Part shown: positions 8,575-21,638 of the stretch, piece after piece
Layout: each line of letters starts with the position of its first letter
Position numbering within the stretch: position 1 is the first letter of the stretch
IMG/VR virus record: IMGVR_UViG_3300028887_000078
Reading direction: 5' to 3' (one strand)
Origin: a virus
Lineage: Duplodnaviria > Caudoviricetes
Length of the DNA stretch: 64,000 nt
The notes under the pieces: generated by a model
The model's database searches: none
What the model saw: only the letters and a program-made list of their open reading frames with translations
What the model was told of the DNA's origin: nothing
Made by a program: the position numbers and the translations under genes

Positions 8575-8954
8575 CAGAATGCGTATGAAGTCACTTTTGT
8601 CGAATCTATGTATATGTCAACAATGCACATAAACGAAAAGTCGTTGCTCCTTTCATAAAAATTTACATCGCACCACACATTGTATTGGGAGTCCTCCTTT
8701 GACATAACGTATTTCCATATCTGCATAGTTATCTCGTTCTTGATGTATTCCGCACTGATGTTGGTTTCAAATATGTACTTTTCAAGGTTCACCCCGAAAT
8801 CTGGTTGGCATAGCAGTTCACCCTTTCTTGTATAGAGGAGGAGTTCGATTTTCTGTATGATGTTGATGAGTTTGTCGTGTATCTCAAGCGCTCCCTCGAC
8901 ATAGCGCGGGGATTCTTTCGATATTGCGAAAATCTCGTTTATGTTTTGCTGCAT
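8574..8954 (-). CDS. baseplate wedge subunit (gp25-like)
   Basis: IELLLYTRKGELLCQPDFGVNLEKYIFE signature; start reassigned to ATG 8954, downstream of the late promoter at 8974-8981. Confidence 0.8.
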   Translation of the reverse strand: MQQNINEIFAISKESPRYVEGALEIHDKLINIIQKIELLLYTRKGELLCQPDFGVNLEKYIFETNISAEYIKNEITMQIWKYVMSKEDSQYNVWCDVNFYERSNDFSFMCIVDIYIDSTKVTSYAF

Positions 8955-9028
8955 TTCCGTAAGATTTTTTTGGTATTTATAAAGGTGTTCATCCTTATAA
9001 ATAATAGGTATATAAACTTTTGTAAACA

Positions 9029-12000
9029 ATGGATGACAATACCATCAAATTACTTTATGAGCAATATTTTGCGAGCGGTTCCGCGCTTACATTTGCCGAA
9101 TGGGTTGCTGAATGGGAACGCAAGCACGAACACGAAAGCGTTCACGTTGTCATCGACAATGCCGATGAAGTCGGTGTTTGTGATGGTGAGAACCCACACG
9201 GGGACAAAGAGTGCTGTCATCCAAAACAGGAATGTTGTCCGCCGCAACATCATTATACACCGAGAGGAAAAACAGGTATACAGGGTGTTCAAGGCATACA
9301 AGGTCCTGCTGGAATAGGGCAGGGCGGTTTGGGTTACACCGATATTGAAACGTTGCAGGGTTCTACAAATTATATAGATACCGACCATACGATTTATATA
9401 GGAGACACCGACACAGTAAAAGTGTGGGTTTCCTCACAGGGAATCATATATCTTGACGCAGTCGGTGGAGGTGGAAGTGGTTTGCAAGGAGTTCAGGGTA
9501 TTCGTGGTTTACAAGGCAGTCAGGGTGTTCAAGGTATACAAGGGTTTATCGGTATACAAGGTTTTGGTGGTCAGAATGGATTGCAGGGAGTTCAAGGACT
9601 TCAGGGTGTCGCAGGTCGGAGTGGTCTGCAAGGTCTGACAGGCGAACAGGGTCTGCAAGGCATCGCAGGTCAAAACGGTCTGCAAGGTCTGACAGGCGAA
9701 CAGGGTCTGCAAGGTTTGACAGGTTTGCAGGGTGAACAAGGTTTGCAGGGTGAACAAGGTTTGGCAGGTGAACAAGGTTTGCAGGGTGTTCAAGGTCTGC
9801 AAGGTTTGGCAGGTGAACAAGGTCTGCAAGGTTTGACAGGCGAACAAGGTCTGCAAGGTTTGGCAGGTGAACAAGGTCTGCAAGGTTTGACAGGCGAACA
9901 AGGTCTGCAAGGTTTGACAGGCGAACAAGGTCTGCAAGGTTTGGCAGGTGAACAAGGTCTGCAAGGTCTGACAGGCGAACAAGGTCTGCAAGGTTTGGCA
10001 GGTGAACAAGGTCTGCAAGGCATCGCAGGTCAGAGTGGTTTGCAAGGTCTGACAGGTGAACAAGGTTTACAAGGCATCGCAGGTCAGAGTGGTTTGCAAG
10101 GTCTGACAGGCGAACAAGGTCTGCAAGGCGTCGCGGGTGAACAAGGAACTCAAGGCATTCAAGGTATTACTGGTGAGCAAGGTGTACAGGGTACTCAAGG
10201 TTTGCAAGGTGTTCAAGGAAGTCAGGGAGAACAAGGAGTTCAAGGCACACAGGGAATACAAGGTATGCAAGGGTTGCAAGGTGTGCAAGGCACCATCGGT
10301 GAGCAAGGAGTGCAGGGTGTTCAAGGTATTCAAGGAGTTCAAGGCACACAAGGTGAACAAGGAGTTCGGGGACTTCAAGGTTTGCAGGGAACACAAGGTG
10401 AACAGGGTATTCAAGGTTCACAAGGCATTCAAGGACTGCAAGGAACCATCGGTATTCAGGGTGTTCAGGGAACACAAGGTGTTCAAGGGGTACAGGGTAC
10501 ACAAGGTGAACAGGGCATACAAGGACTTCAAGGTACCATTGGTGAACAGGGTGTTCAAGGAACACAAGGTTTGCAAGGAACACAGGGTACACAAGGTTTG
10601 CAGGGAGTTCAAGGTGAACAAGGAGTTCAAGGTCTGCAAGGAACACAAGGCACACAGGGTATTCAAGGCGCCGATGGTTTGCAAGGACTTCAAGGATTAC
10701 AGGGTATTGTCGGATTGCAAGGAGAACAAGGCATAACAGGTGAACAGGGTACGCAAGGTATTCAAGGAATTGAAGGTTTACAGGGTGTACAAGGTATCAC
10801 GGGTATGCAAGGTATTCAAGGTGAGAATGGCGTACAAGGAGTTCAAGGAACTATCGGTGAACAAGGTACACAAGGTATTCAAGGAATTGACGGTTTACAA
10901 GGACTTCAAGGTGAACAAGGTATTACAGGTTTACAAGGAACACAAGGCGTACAAGGTACGCAAGGTATTCAAGGCAATCAAGGTACACAAGGTATTGGAG
11001 GTTTGCAAGGAGTTCAGGGTGAACAAGGAGTACAAGGCATTCAAGGAACCGAGGGATTGCAGGGCATACAAGGTCTGCAAGGTTTGATTGGTGAGCAAGG
11101 TGTGCAGGGATTACAAGGAAATCAAGGAACACAAGGAGAGCAGGGAACACAAGGGTTGCAAGGCATACAAGGTGTTCAGGGACTTCAAGGATTACAAGGA
11201 AATCAAGGAACACAAGGTGTGCAGGGCATTCAAGGACTTGAAGGTTTACAGGGTGTTCGGGGAGTACAGGGTACACAAGGCACGCAAGGCGTTCAAGGCG
11301 AACAAGGAGTTCAAGGTATCACAGGTTTACAGGGCGTTCAAGGCATTCAAGGAACACAGGGAGTTCAAGGCGAACAAGGTGTGCAGGGTGAACAAGGAGT
11401 TCAGGGGACACAAGGTGAGCAGGGATTGCAAGGAGTTCAAGGAACCGATGGTATGCAAGGAGTTCAAGGTATTCAAGGTTTGCAAGGAATCGTCGGTTTG
11501 CAAGGTGAACAAGGTATCACGGGTGAACAAGGTGTTCAAGGTTTGCAAGGCATAACGGGTTTGCAAGGCATACAAGGTGTTCAAGGAACTATTGGTGAAC
11601 AAGGCGTTCAAGGATTGCAAGGTAATCAGGGAACACAAGGCACGCAAGGTCTTCAAGGTTTGCAGGGTATTCAAGGATTTGAAGGTCTGCAAGGGTTACA
11701 AGGAGAACAGGGTGAACAAGGTGTGCAGGGTGAACAAGGTGTGCAGGGCATTCAAGGCGAACAAGGTACGCAAGGAGTTCAAGGACTGCAAGGCGTTCAA
11801 GGTTTGCAAGGAGTTCAAGGTGAACAAGGAGTTCAAGGTGAACAAGGAGTTCAAGGCATACAAGGACTTCAAGGTAATCAAGGTGTGCAGGGAGAACAAG
11901 GCATTCAAGGTTTAAGAGGTTTGCAAGGAGTTCAAGGATTGCGAGGACTTCAAGGTTTACAAGGAGAACAAGGCACACAGGGTATTCAAGGGGTGCAAGG

Positions 12001-15000
12001 AGAACAAGGTGTTCAAGGTGAACAGGGCATACAGGGTGTGCAAGGTTTACAAGGAACTCGTGGATTACAAGGATTGCAAGGTGAACAAGGAGTTCAAGGC
12101 ACACAGGGTGTTCAGGGTGTTCAGGGAACACAAGGCATTCAAGGTTTGCAAGGTGTGCAGGGTACACAAGGCGTGCAAGGCGAACAAGGCACACAAGGTA
12201 TTCAAGGAGTACAAGGTGAACAAGGCACACAAGGTATTCAGGGTGTTCAGGGAACACAAGGCATTCAAGGATTACAGGGTATTCAAGGTGTGCAAGGCAC
12301 GCAGGGAGTTCAAGGTACACAAGGTTTACAAGGTTTACAAGGAGTTCAAGGCACGCAAGGTGTTCAAGGACTTCAGGGAATACAAGGAACCATCGGTGAA
12401 CAAGGAGTTCAAGGAACAACAGGTTTACAGGGCGTTCAAGGAGTTCAAGGAACACAAGGCACAAAAGGTTTACAAGGTATTCAGGGTACACAAGGAACAC
12501 AAGGTCTGCAAGGTGTTCAAGGAACGCAAGGCGCTCAAGGTCTGCAAGGCACAAAAGGATTACAAGGAGTTCAAGGTACGCAGGGCATACAAGGATTGCA
12601 AGGTGTTCAAGGCAGTCAGGGTACGCAGGGATTGCAAGGTGTTCAGGGAACACGAGGTATACAAGGTTTGCAGGGTGTGCAGGGCAGTCAAGGAACGCAA
12701 GGCGTTCAAGGTCATCGCGGACTTCAAGGTGTTCAAGGCACTCAAGGAAGTCAAGGCGCGCAGGGAATACAAGGTTTGCAGGGTGTTCAAGGCACGCAAG
12801 GTACTCAAGGTTTACAGGGTGTTCAAGGTACGCAGGGTACGAAGGGTCTGCAAGGTGTGCAAGGCAGTCGGGGAACACAAGGCATACAAGGTCTGCAAGG
12901 CGTTCAAGGCACACAAGGTTTGCAAGGAGTTCAAGGCGTTCGGGGCAGTCAAGGCACGCAAGGTTTGCAGGGCGTCCAAGGTCATCGCGGACTGCAAGGT
13001 GTTCAAGGTACGCAGGGTATACAAGGATTGCAGGGCGTGCAAGGCACACAAGGAACACAAGGATTGCAAGGTACGCAAGGCACTCAAGGAACACAAGGTC
13101 TGACTGGTTTGCAAGGTGTTCAGGGAACGCAAGGCACGCAGGGAACCAAAGGTTTACAAGGATTGCAAGGCGTTCAAGGCAGTCAGGGAACAAAAGGGAC
13201 GCAAGGTATTCAAGGTTTGCAAGGAGTTCAAGGCACTCAAGGAACACAAGGTCTGACTGGTTTGCAAGGTGTTCAGGGAACGCAAGGCACGCAGGGAACC
13301 AAAGGTTTACAAGGATTGCAAGGCATTCAAGGCGGTCAGGGAATCAAAGGTATGCAAGGTGTTCAGGGAAGTCAAGGCACGAAGGGATTGCAAGGCATTC
13401 AAGGCGGTCAGGGAATCAAAGGTATGCAAGGTGTTCAGGGAAGTCAAGGCACGCAGGGCACTCAAGGACTTCAAGGTGTGCAAGGCAGTCAAGGCAGTCA
13501 AGGAACACAAGGCACACAAGGAACCAAAGGTCTGCAAGGCATTCAAGGCAGTCAGGGAATCAAAGGTATGCAAGGTGTTCAGGGAAGTCAAGGCACGCAG
13601 GGCACTCAAGGACTTCAAGGTGTGCAAGGCACACAAGGAACCAAAGGACTTCAAGGTGTTCAGGGAACGCAGGGTACGCAAGGAACGCAAGGATTGCAGG
13701 GAGTTCAAGGTACACAAGGTACGCAGGGTGTTCAAGGCACGCAGGGAACGCAAGGTTTGCAAGGCGTTCAAGGTGTTCAAGGCACGCAGGGCAGTCAAGG
13801 AACACAAGGATTGCAGGGAATCAAAGGTCTGCAAGGCAGTCAAGGCACTCAAGGTCTGCAAGGTGTTCAGGGCAGTCAAGGCACTCAAGGCACAAAAGGT
13901 TTACAAGGTGTTCAGGGCAGTCAGGGTACACAAGGCACAAAAGGTTTGCAAGGTGTTCAGGGCAGTCAAGGTACACAGGGAACGCAGGGTGTTCAAGGCG
14001 TTCAGGGCAGTCAGGGGACGCAAGGCACGAATGGATTACAAGGTGTTCAAGGAAGTCAAGGTACACAGGGAACGCAGGGTGTTCAAGGCGTTCAGGGCAG
14101 TCAGGGGACGCAAGGCACGAATGGATTACAAGGTGTTCAAGGAAGTCAAGGTACGCAGGGTACTCAAGGATTACAGGGAGTTCAAGGCACTCAAGGTTTG
14201 CAAGGTGTTCAAGGAACGCAAGGAACCAAAGGACTTCAAGGCGTTCAAGGAACACAAGGAGCGAAAGGTCTGCAAGGTGTTCAAGGCACTCAAGGTATAA
14301 AAGGTTTGCAAGGCGTTCAGGGCAGTCAAGGCACGCAGGGATTGCAGGGTGTTCAAGGTGTGCAAGGTACGCAAGGCACCAAAGGTCTGCAAGGTGTTCA
14401 AGGCAGTCAAGGAACACAGGGAACTAAAGGTTTACAAGGTGTTCAGGGCAGTCAGGGAACGCAGGGTACTAAAGGATTGCAAGGTGTTCAAGGTAGTCAG
14501 GGTAGTCAAGGTCTGCAAGGTTTACAAGGTGTTCGGGGAACACAGGGAACACAGGGATTGCAAGGTGTTCAGGGTCTGCAAGGCACTCAAGGTCATCGCG
14601 GAACGCAAGGTGTTCAGGGAAGTCAAGGCGAGCAGGGATTGCAAGGCGTTCAAGGCATACAGGGAACTAAAGGTTTGCAGGGCATTCAGGGCAGTCAAGG
14701 AACACAAGGTACACAAGGCACAAAAGGATTGCAAGGTGTTCAGGGCAGTCAGGGAACGCAAGGTACACAAGGAACCAAAGGATTGCAAGGTGTTCAAGGC
14801 ACACAAGGTATGCAAGGTTTGACAGGTCTGCAAGGTGTTCAGGGTATAATCGGTCTGCAAGGTGTATCTGGCGAAAACGGACTTCAAGGTTTGCAGGGTA
14901 TCACAGGTTTGCAGGGAACCATCGGTGAAAACGGATTGCAGGGAATACAAGGTTCCGCAGGTCTGCAAGGTGTATCTGGCGAAAACGGACTTCAAGGCAT

Positions 15001-18000
15001 ACAAGGCATAGTCGGTCTGCAAGGAGTTCAAGGAGTTCAAGGAATACTCGGTTGTCAAGGCACAAGAGGTTTCCAAGGCATTCAGGGTATTCAGGGACTG
15101 CAAGGCATTCAGGGTATTCAGGGACTGCAAGGCATTCAGGGTATTCAAGGTATTCAGGGTGCTGGTTCTGAATTGATGACACTCATCACCTATGATGAGT
15201 TGGCAACTCTCGTGAACAGTTCCCAACTTGTGAAAGGTATGCAGTATCGCATAATAGACTATGAAACATTGATAGATGAATACTTGGTCTATGATTTGAG
15301 TACCGATTATTATGTCGGAGACGTTAATAGTCATCCAATGAATGATACAAACGATATTGTCACATTCAAGGAATATGACCTCGGACACCACGACTATGAC
15401 ATAATTGTGTTCGCGGACGATGAATCGACGCTCAATGAAAATGCGAGGGCGGTACAAAGGGGTGAAAATATGCTTGAAATATATTATGGCGGTAACTTGT
15501 ATCATATAAGACCTGGTGAAGTTCATATAGACGAAACAGGAACCTATGTCAATCTTGAAGTTCAAGACCCTGACACAGGTGAAACCACAACAATCCGCAT
15601 ACCTATAACAATCACGATTTCTATGATTTGGTATGTTGCCCCTGACAGCACCGCATATCCGTTGTATCAGAATGAGAACGGGGAATGGTATTATATCACA
15701 AACAGCGGTGACAAGAAAACTGTGGAACTCCCAAGCGGGGCAAAGGGGAAGGAAATTGGTGAAGGCGAAGGTGAATCTTCAGGTGTGGCTACTGAAGCGC
15801 AAGTGTTGTATAATGAAAAATTATACACCGTGTATAAATCGGACAAGGGTGAATTGTATTGGATAAATGTAGAAAAGGACGTTGTGTACCTCAACATCAG
15901 GTTCGACATTTCACCTGTGAACAAGTGGTGGTATAATGACAACGACACATATCCTGTCGGACTCTATCCTACATACAAAGATGACAAAGGGTATTATTCC
16001 ATCGCTTTTGATGTAAAGTCCGCAAAGTTTGTCAGAATCGACGTCAAGTATTTTAGTCCGCAAAGTGTATATGACATATATTATGACGGAAAGGTTTATG
16101 TGTTCAAAGACGAGGACATTAAAACGGGAGATGGAAAGCGTTTTGTAATGATAAATGAAGATAAATTTTTCCTAACCGATGATTCGTCACCGCTTTGGTA
16201 TGTTGATGAAAACTACAGAGTGTATCCTATTTTTTCTGATGGAAAAGATTTTGTCTATGTCGCCTCTGACGGGGTATCATATTCTGTGAAAGATTATATC
16301 GGAAAATTGTCAGAACTTGTTGAAACACCGCACGCACTGTATGATGGTGAGTGGTACGAGATACGCACAAAGGACAACTCGTATCTTATAGACACGAAAA
16401 ACAGCGGTGCCATTTATTTGGACTTCAACTTTGATATGTGCCACAGTCATAGATGGTTTTATATTAAAGAAGGTGGTGATTATAATATTGGTGCGTATTG
16501 TGTATATTTGGTTGATGGCAAATACATCATATACCCATTCCTTAAGAAAGAACTCGTTTATAAAAACGTTGACGTCACATCTTATTATAAAAATTCGGAA
16601 TACTATGATTTGGAAAATAAAAATGTGCATTACGAATTTGAATATGAAGATGTGGTCAAGGACGGTGACGGAACTCACGTCAGCATATCACTCAAAAAAG
16701 GAAGTTCGTCTGACGTTTATCTCACGCCTTACATTTCCGAAACTTGGTATGCAGATGAAAATCTGAAAATGTACCCTGTGTATTGGGATGAAGACGAGGA
16801 GTCGTATTATTACATATCGGACGACGGTTCCGTTGAATATGTTTTGTGGGAACTCAACGGCAGCGGTTTGGATGACGCTTTTGCTGTATTGTATGACGGA
16901 AACACATATTATGTTTCCACCACAACAGGATTCGATGAAGGCGCGATGTGGTACATAATGGTTGACGGAGAAAAACAATATCTTGATTTTGACTTTGGAA
17001 TCTCACCGACACATTATTGGCATTTTGACGATGCGACACACACTTACCCTGTTTATAGTTATGATGTCAATGGTGAATTGGGTTACTATTATATCGGCAC
17101 AGACGGAACTGTGGTTGACGTCACCGAAAACTATGTCAATGATAAATCACAAAGGGGTTTGACAAAAGGTGGATTGAATGCGGAAATGATGGAGGATAAC
17201 GCCATCCTGAAAACTTTAACAGGTTCCGCTTCCGCCCGCGATGCAAACGACGACTATTTTGACGGAGCGAACCTCCGCGCTTGGTGGTTGAAGTACACAT
17301 TGTTCAACGACAAGTCGACCTACAGTTGGGCAAGGGTTCCGACTGTCAATATGGGAAAGAAAGTTCCGATATTGTATGAGAATGGAAGCGAGAGGTATTA
17401 TGTGTATACAGGACAGAAATATATAGACGGCGCAAAGACATATCACATTTGGACATTCGGACAAACCGACTATTACATAGTGTATAGTTATGATGATATT
17501 GTAAATAACAGTCCTGTCCTGATTGACGTGCTTGATACGTCGTTCAATGTAGTGTACAGTTTCAAATCCTACAAGGTATGGTCAGGAGCACTTCATTTCT
17601 ACTTCGACGGGACATATAACGACACAACTACAAACACTTGGAACAACGGTCTCGGAACGCATTTCAAAATCGTGAATTACAAGACCGCTATGACGGCATC
17701 CACATCAATCCTAACCATAGAAGGAACCACCGTCGTGACGTTCGAGTGGGTAGAGGATATATATACAGACTTCGGAAAGGGTGTTGTGTTCCGTATGGAG
17801 GATGAACACGCCAATGTTATGCCTTATGATTTCAAGAACATTATGTTCGCGAGAATCGGTATGCGAGGCGCGGTCACTGCATTGCCGAATGGTAATTCAA
17901 GGTATATTGTTGTTGATGGTGGTGACTATCCTTATAACGTTTTTGATGTTATGTCGTATGACGAAAACCAAGGGAGTTGGTCATCGAACAACGGGTATTT

Positions 18001-19177
18001 GAATGGGGAAACAACACCGGGGATGGTTGATGATAGCGGAAAAGCCACAATACAGCACAGGTTCTGTGATGTGTCTTCTTTGTATAAGTTCGGATTTGGT
18101 GTCAGTGTGGGTGCAGTGGGCAACATTCACGAGTATGGTGTGCTTTATTCGGCATTCAAACATTACTTTGTCAAATCTTTCCACTACAGATACACATTCG
18201 ACTGTTCCAGAAGTGTGCTCGATGTGTGGACACCGATTGACACTTCGTTGTATCGCATTGCATATTGCAACACCTGCGACCTCCCGCACAACGCGTTCAG
18301 TGTATTGAACTCAAACTCATATTTCTGCTATAAGGCAAAACATATACTTCCAAATAATGTGTTTTATGGATTGTGTTTGGTGACAAACAATAAAATAACT
18401 GGCAATTCGTTGTGGAACACGTTCTTTGTTGCAAGCACTAAAAAAGGTATGAAGAGCAGCATACAAAACAACATTGTCAATGAAACGCACATAACATACA
18501 TATACAGTCCGTTTGATTCTGAAATCAGGAACTCTATATGCTGCGGTATTGTTAATAATGAAGGCACAGGCAACGCCGCTTCTATGAATGTAAAAATCGA
18601 CGGTTCGCATTCAGTTTTTGCAATAGCGGACACATTCAACACAACAATGATGTCAAATGTGGTTTATAAAAATTGTAGAAATGTGTACACAAATGAAGTC
18701 AACAATTCTGTCTTTGATAATGTTTATTTGGTATTCGGACAAACAATAGCAGATACAAATATAAGGAATGTTGAAGAATCTGTCATAAGTGCCATATATG
18801 GAAGTAAAACCAAAGGTTATACAAGGAAGAGTGATATAACCGATTGCAGTTACATACAGGCGGTATCGTTTTATGACACTGATTTGCGGGATTGCAGCAA
18901 TATATATTTTGGTAAATTCGAGGGACTCTTCATTGTTAGAAACCTTGAAATGAACAATGGTGAGATGGTTCTGTTCAACCTCATCAACGGGAACACTTCA
19001 TATACAAAAGCAATACGCAATGTAAGGGTTATGAGCGGTATCAACAACCTAATCGGAGCACTTCCCCCGTTGCTTATACCCGCGGACACTATGGACAATC
19101 AAACGTATGTCACAATCGTTACGAGAAACTCGCAGAGGATTGTGAAGATTTACAACGACGGCGACCAAATACCGTAG
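9029..19177 (+). CDS. giant collagen-like fibre / receptor-binding protein (3382 aa)
   Basis: About 630 Gly-X-Y triplets, then [41 protein letters not shown] (Bacteroidota phage fibre-type domain) and an Asn-rich, beta-helix-like end; late promoter at 8996. Confidence 0.85.
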   Translation: MDDNTIKLLYEQYFASGSALTFAEWVAEWERKHEHESVHVVIDNADEVGVCDGENPHGDKECCHPKQECCPPQHHYTPRGKTGIQGVQGIQGPAGIGQGGLGYTDIETLQGSTNYIDTDHTIYIGDTDTVKVWVSSQGIIYLDAVGGGGSGLQGVQGIRGLQGSQGVQGIQGFIGIQGFGGQNGLQGVQGLQGVAGRSGLQGLTGEQGLQGIAGQNGLQGLTGEQGLQGLTGLQGEQGLQGEQGLAGEQGLQGVQGLQGLAGEQGLQGLTGEQGLQGLAGEQGLQGLTGEQGLQGLTGEQGLQGLAGEQGLQGLTGEQGLQGLAGEQGLQGIAGQSGLQGLTGEQGLQGIAGQSGLQGLTGEQGLQGVAGEQGTQGIQGITGEQGVQGTQGLQGVQGSQGEQGVQGTQGIQGMQGLQGVQGTIGEQGVQGVQGIQGVQGTQGEQGVRGLQGLQGTQGEQGIQGSQGIQGLQGTIGIQGVQGTQGVQGVQGTQGEQGIQGLQGTIGEQGVQGTQGLQGTQGTQGLQGVQGEQGVQGLQGTQGTQGIQGADGLQGLQGLQGIVGLQGEQGITGEQGTQGIQGIEGLQGVQGITGMQGIQGENGVQGVQGTIGEQGTQGIQGIDGLQGLQGEQGITGLQGTQGVQGTQGIQGNQGTQGIGGLQGVQGEQGVQGIQGTEGLQGIQGLQGLIGEQGVQGLQGNQGTQGEQGTQGLQGIQGVQGLQGLQGNQGTQGVQGIQGLEGLQGVRGVQGTQGTQGVQGEQGVQGITGLQGVQGIQGTQGVQGEQGVQGEQGVQGTQGEQGLQGVQGTDGMQGVQGIQGLQGIVGLQGEQGITGEQGVQGLQGITGLQGIQGVQGTIGEQGVQGLQGNQGTQGTQGLQGLQGIQGFEGLQGLQGEQGEQGVQGEQGVQGIQGEQGTQGVQGLQGVQGLQGVQGEQGVQGEQGVQGIQGLQGNQGVQGEQGIQGLRGLQGVQGLRGLQGLQGEQGTQGIQGVQGEQGVQGEQGIQGVQGLQGTRGLQGLQGEQGVQGTQGVQGVQGTQGIQGLQGVQGTQGVQGEQGTQGIQGVQGEQGTQGIQGVQGTQGIQGLQGIQGVQGTQGVQGTQGLQGLQGVQGTQGVQGLQGIQGTIGEQGVQGTTGLQGVQGVQGTQGTKGLQGIQGTQGTQGLQGVQGTQGAQGLQGTKGLQGVQGTQGIQGLQGVQGSQGTQGLQGVQGTRGIQGLQGVQGSQGTQGVQGHRGLQGVQGTQGSQGAQGIQGLQGVQGTQGTQGLQGVQGTQGTKGLQGVQGSRGTQGIQGLQGVQGTQGLQGVQGVRGSQGTQGLQGVQGHRGLQGVQGTQGIQGLQGVQGTQGTQGLQGTQGTQGTQGLTGLQGVQGTQGTQGTKGLQGLQGVQGSQGTKGTQGIQGLQGVQGTQGTQGLTGLQGVQGTQGTQGTKGLQGLQGIQGGQGIKGMQGVQGSQGTKGLQGIQGGQGIKGMQGVQGSQGTQGTQGLQGVQGSQGSQGTQGTQGTKGLQGIQGSQGIKGMQGVQGSQGTQGTQGLQGVQGTQGTKGLQGVQGTQGTQGTQGLQGVQGTQGTQGVQGTQGTQGLQGVQGVQGTQGSQGTQGLQGIKGLQGSQGTQGLQGVQGSQGTQGTKGLQGVQGSQGTQGTKGLQGVQGSQGTQGTQGVQGVQGSQGTQGTNGLQGVQGSQGTQGTQGVQGVQGSQGTQGTNGLQGVQGSQGTQGTQGLQGVQGTQGLQGVQGTQGTKGLQGVQGTQGAKGLQGVQGTQGIKGLQGVQGSQGTQGLQGVQGVQGTQGTKGLQGVQGSQGTQGTKGLQGVQGSQGTQGTKGLQGVQGSQGSQGLQGLQGVRGTQGTQGLQGVQGLQGTQGHRGTQGVQGSQGEQGLQGVQGIQGTKGLQGIQGSQGTQGTQGTKGLQGVQGSQGTQGTQGTKGLQGVQGTQGMQGLTGLQGVQGIIGLQGVSGENGLQGLQGITGLQGTIGENGLQGIQGSAGLQGVSGENGLQGIQGIVGLQGVQGVQGILGCQGTRGFQGIQGIQGLQGIQGIQGLQGIQGIQGIQGAGSELMTLITYDELATLVNSSQLVKGMQYRIIDYETLIDEYLVYDLSTDYYVGDVNSHPMNDTNDIVTFKEYDLGHHDYDIIVFADDESTLNENARAVQRGENMLEIYYGGNLYHIRPGEVHIDETGTYVNLEVQDPDTGETTTIRIPITITISMIWYVAPDSTAYPLYQNENGEWYYITNSGDKKTVELPSGAKGKEIGEGEGESSGVATEAQVLYNEKLYTVYKSDKGELYWINVEKDVVYLNIRFDISPVNKWWYNDNDTYPVGLYPTYKDDKGYYSIAFDVKSAKFVRIDVKYFSPQSVYDIYYDGKVYVFKDEDIKTGDGKRFVMINEDKFFLTDDSSPLWYVDENYRVYPIFSDGKDFVYVASDGVSYSVKDYIGKLSELVETPHALYDGEWYEIRTKDNSYLIDTKNSGAIYLDFNFDMCHSHRWFYIKEGGDYNIGAYCVYLVDGKYIIYPFLKKELVYKNVDVTSYYKNSEYYDLENKNVHYEFEYEDVVKDGDGTHVSISLKKGSSSDVYLTPYISETWYADENLKMYPVYWDEDEESYYYISDDGSVEYVLWELNGSGLDDAFAVLYDGNTYYVSTTTGFDEGAMWYIMVDGEKQYLDFDFGISPTHYWHFDDATHTYPVYSYDVNGELGYYYIGTDGTVVDVTENYVNDKSQRGLTKGGLNAEMMEDNAILKTLTGSASARDANDDYFDGANLRAWWLKYTLFNDKSTYSWARVPTVNMGKKVPILYENGSERYYVYTGQKYIDGAKTYHIWTFGQTDYYIVYSYDDIVNNSPVLIDVLDTSFNVVYSFKSYKVWSGALHFYFDGTYNDTTTNTWNNGLGTHFKIVNYKTAMTASTSILTIEGTTVVTFEWVEDIYTDFGKGVVFRMEDEHANVMPYDFKNIMFARIGMRGAVTALPNGNSRYIVVDGGDYPYNVFDVMSYDENQGSWSSNNGYLNGETTPGMVDDSGKATIQHRFCDVSSLYKFGFGVSVGAVGNIHEYGVLYSAFKHYFVKSFHYRYTFDCSRSVLDVWTPIDTSLYRIAYCNTCDLPHNAFSVLNSNSYFCYKAKHILPNNVFYGLCLVTNNKITGNSLWNTFFVASTKKGMKSSIQNNIVNETHITYIYSPFDSEIRNSICCGIVNNEGTGNAASMNVKIDGSHSVFAIADTFNTTMMSNVVYKNCRNVYTNEVNNSVFDNVYLVFGQTIADTNIRNVEESVISAIYGSKTKGYTRKSDITDCSYIQAVSFYDTDLRDCSNIYFGKFEGLFIVRNLEMNNGEMVLFNLINGNTSYTKAIRNVRVMSGINNLIGALPPLLIPADTMDNQTYVTIVTRNSQRIVKIYNDGDQIP
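9479..15160 (+). repeat. 9-nt periodic coding repeat (mostly Gly-X-Gln collagen triplets), about 5.7 kb
   Basis: Continuous CA(A/G)GGNNNN units with nested 18-, 27- and longer duplications. Confidence 0.95.
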
Positions 19178-19190
19178 GAATGTACCATAA

Positions 19191-19211
19191 TGATATATCA
19201 ATGATATATCA
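19191..19211. promoter_or_regulatory. TGATATATCA-N-TGATATATCA double palindrome (representative of six intergenic copies)
   Basis: Copies at 1211, 19191, 24704, 26616, 37085, 54165. Confidence 0.8.
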
Positions 19212-19216
19212 AAAAA

Positions 19217-19244
19217 GGAGTGTGGGGACTACGCCCCACACTCC
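19217..19244 (-). terminator. intrinsic terminator
   Basis: ggagtgtgggg-actacg-ccccacactcc hairpin with an A-run on the left, between convergent genes. Confidence 0.75.
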
Positions 19245-19273
19245 ACAAACAAAATGAAAAATAAACCAACTTG

Positions 19274-20803
19274 TTATTCGTCCCAGTTGATGTTGGACAT
19301 CAGTTTCGGCCACTTGTCTTCCAAGATGTTGCCGATAAGGTCGAATTGGTCGCAGTAGTCATAGAGACCAAGTTCATCGAGGCGTTTCTTGATGCTGTCC
19401 GCCATCATTTTTGATTTTTCCCTTTGGTTTGCGTCTTTGGCGGTGCGGGATTCCTTCATACATTCCGCCATACGCATATAGGTTTGGAACACCTCCTTGA
19501 AGATTCTGAACGAGTCGAGGAAATACTGCAAGGTCATCTGCGCCATAGAAGCGTTGTACAGGGTGAGGTATTTGAAGAGCGATTGAACCTCCTCCATTTT
19601 CGGCAACCACATAGAAATGGTCTTTCTTGCTTCCTCGCGGTTCTGCGGGACGTTGCACGCTCTTGCGTCGATGCACATCTTGATGATGGCACACTCTACC
19701 GCAGTCGTTGCGGAGGAACCGTCCTTGTTTTGGATTTTCATTGCTTTGTCGCCCTTCTTCCAAATTTCCTCCTTGATGGTCTTTACATCGACCACCTGAA
19801 TCATCTTGATGAACTTGATAAATTCGGTGACAGTCTTTGGGTCAAGCGGTGAGAGTTCCTCCCGAAGTTGCGACTCGCTGAACTGTGTGATGTCGAAGTT
19901 CTTGAGTTTGCTCGGTTTGAACGGGTCTGCGTTCATCGCATTGCTTGCGATGGACAGGTTCTTGCAGGCAAGTTCCCACGTTCTCGGTGTAGTAAACTTT
20001 TTATCCTCTGCGCCGGAGTTCTCCTCGGTGTCGCAGGTTGTGTTGAAATAGAAGTGTTCGGGGTTGTCCTTAATCCAATCCAACACAAGGACGTTCATAT
20101 AGGGTTGTTTCACCGCCCATTCGCGCCATTCGTCGTACTTCGGCACGAAGTTGTATTGGAGACCGAAGCGGTTGAAGAATGCGGTACCGATTTCGTGAAC
20201 TCGGTCAGGGTCGTCTTCCAAGCGGTTTCCTGCGGCGACAATGCCCCATCCGCTTCCGATGTGCCAACCGTCACAGAACTTTCTTTCAATGATGTTCTTG
20301 ATGACGTCCTCCGCGTCGGGGTTGCAGCGGTTAATCTCATCGAGGAAGATGAGTCCGCGTCCGAGATTGCGGTCGGCGTTCCAATCGACGGAGTTCTTGC
20401 ACTTCTCCTCATAGTTGGGGTCGTTCGGGTCGGGCATATCTCCGACGGGTTTGTATGCGGGGATGTACCCGAAGGGGCATTGTACTGCACGGCGTCCGCT
20501 TTCGTCCGAAGGACGGTCGTAACCAGGCAACGAGAAGGAACTTCTGTCCATATCCTCCGTACGGAGTACGACGAGGTTGATGCCACCCTCTCTCTTGAAC
20601 TCTCCTTGGTCGATTACACGACCGAAATAATCCTTGATGAACCCGTACACAATCTGTGTCTTGCCGACACCAGGCGCTCCGAGAACGAGACCCATTTGGT
20701 CGGTCGGGTTGGCGATGATACGGGCAAGGATTTCCTTGAACTTGCGGGTTCCGATGTTGTTGTGCTTGAATTGACCTTCAAGCGTCAAGTTGACTTTTTT
20801 CAT
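19274..20803 (-). CDS. MoxR-like AAA+ ATPase
   Basis: Walker A GAPGVGKT, Walker B LIFLDEINR, AAGNR, NRF, TPRTWE. Confidence 0.85.
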   Translation of the reverse strand: MKKVNLTLEGQFKHNNIGTRKFKEILARIIANPTDQMGLVLGAPGVGKTQIVYGFIKDYFGRVIDQGEFKREGGINLVVLRTEDMDRSSFSLPGYDRPSDESGRRAVQCPFGYIPAYKPVGDMPDPNDPNYEEKCKNSVDWNADRNLGRGLIFLDEINRCNPDAEDVIKNIIERKFCDGWHIGSGWGIVAAGNRLEDDPDRVHEIGTAFFNRFGLQYNFVPKYDEWREWAVKQPYMNVLVLDWIKDNPEHFYFNTTCDTEENSGAEDKKFTTPRTWELACKNLSIASNAMNADPFKPSKLKNFDITQFSESQLREELSPLDPKTVTEFIKFIKMIQVVDVKTIKEEIWKKGDKAMKIQNKDGSSATTAVECAIIKMCIDARACNVPQNREEARKTISMWLPKMEEVQSLFKYLTLYNASMAQMTLQYFLDSFRIFKEVFQTYMRMAECMKESRTAKDANQREKSKMMADSIKKRLDELGLYDYCDQFDLIGNILEDKWPKLMSNINWDE

Positions 20804-20849
20804 AATTTTGTTTTTGTTGTTATTGATTGTTTGTTATTGAATTGTTGTT

Positions 20850-21128
20850 CTATGCGAAAAAATCTTCAAGTTCGCAGAATCGGTAGTTTTCAATCACCCA
20901 TTCCTTCGTTTTTTGGTGGAGCGACTTGTATGTCTCAAACAGGTCTTTGTTTTTGTTGTGTGCCCACATTTTTCTGTCGAGAACTTCATAGAGGTCTTTC
21001 ATCGCAGACTTGTCATCCTTTGCATTGTTGAACTCCATTTCATAGATGAGGTTGATTGCGTCCACGCCCTCGCTTTCCGCTACGCTGAAATTCTTTTCTA
21101 TTTTTTTTGTTTCCTTGATGTTTTTCAT
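20850..21128 (-). CDS. hypothetical protein
   Basis: 92 aa; promoter motif at 21152-21162 and AACAAAG leader. Confidence 0.6.
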   Translation of the reverse strand: MKNIKETKKIEKNFSVAESEGVDAINLIYEMEFNNAKDDKSAMKDLYEVLDRKMWAHNKNKDLFETYKSLHQKTKEWVIENYRFCELEDFFA

Positions 21129-21254
21129 ATCTTTGTTGTTTCCTTTCCTATTTGAATATAATACAAAAAAATCATTTTTTCATTTTTTTGAAAAAAAAAG
21201 TTGATTTTTTTCACCTGTTTCCATATATAAATATATTGGTAATATATCTTTGAA

Positions 21255-21638
21255 ATGAAGTGGGAGTTCAATAACAAAACAGCACGGATGGAACCCGTGA
21301 AACGCACAGGAGTTGAAGTGACGGCAAGGATGGGCGGACTTATGGTGGAGGATTTGGACAGGCACATTCAGTTCCTTATCAACTATGGAAACGGTAGAAT
21401 ATCGCATTGCGTAGGATGTAATGCAGGCAACCTCCACATATTCGATGACATCAAGTCAAGGAAAATCGCCGAACGTGTAAAGCGCATCGGTGCAGGAAGG
21501 GGTATTCCTGAATATATGTCTGACTTTAGGTTTTATTCAATCAACCACAAAGATTTTAACGGAAGTACACTTAACGGAAGCACACTCGATGAAAAATGCA
21601 ATGTAAAAGTACACGTCAAGAGGATTGATGAGATGTAA
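21255..21638 (+). CDS. hypothetical protein
   Basis: 127-aa ORF; TATCTTTG immediately upstream, so the true start may be later. Confidence 0.55.
   Translation: MKWEFNNKTARMEPVKRTGVEVTARMGGLMVEDLDRHIQFLINYGNGRISHCVGCNAGNLHIFDDIKSRKIAERVKRIGAGRGIPEYMSDFRFYSINHKDFNGSTLNGSTLDEKCNVKVHVKRIDEM

Noticed and set aside
9479-15160. CRISPR array, or real overlapping ORFs in the repeat region
   Set aside because: The repeat has a 9-nt coding period with no unique spacers; the many alternative-frame ORFs are shadows of the collagen repeat
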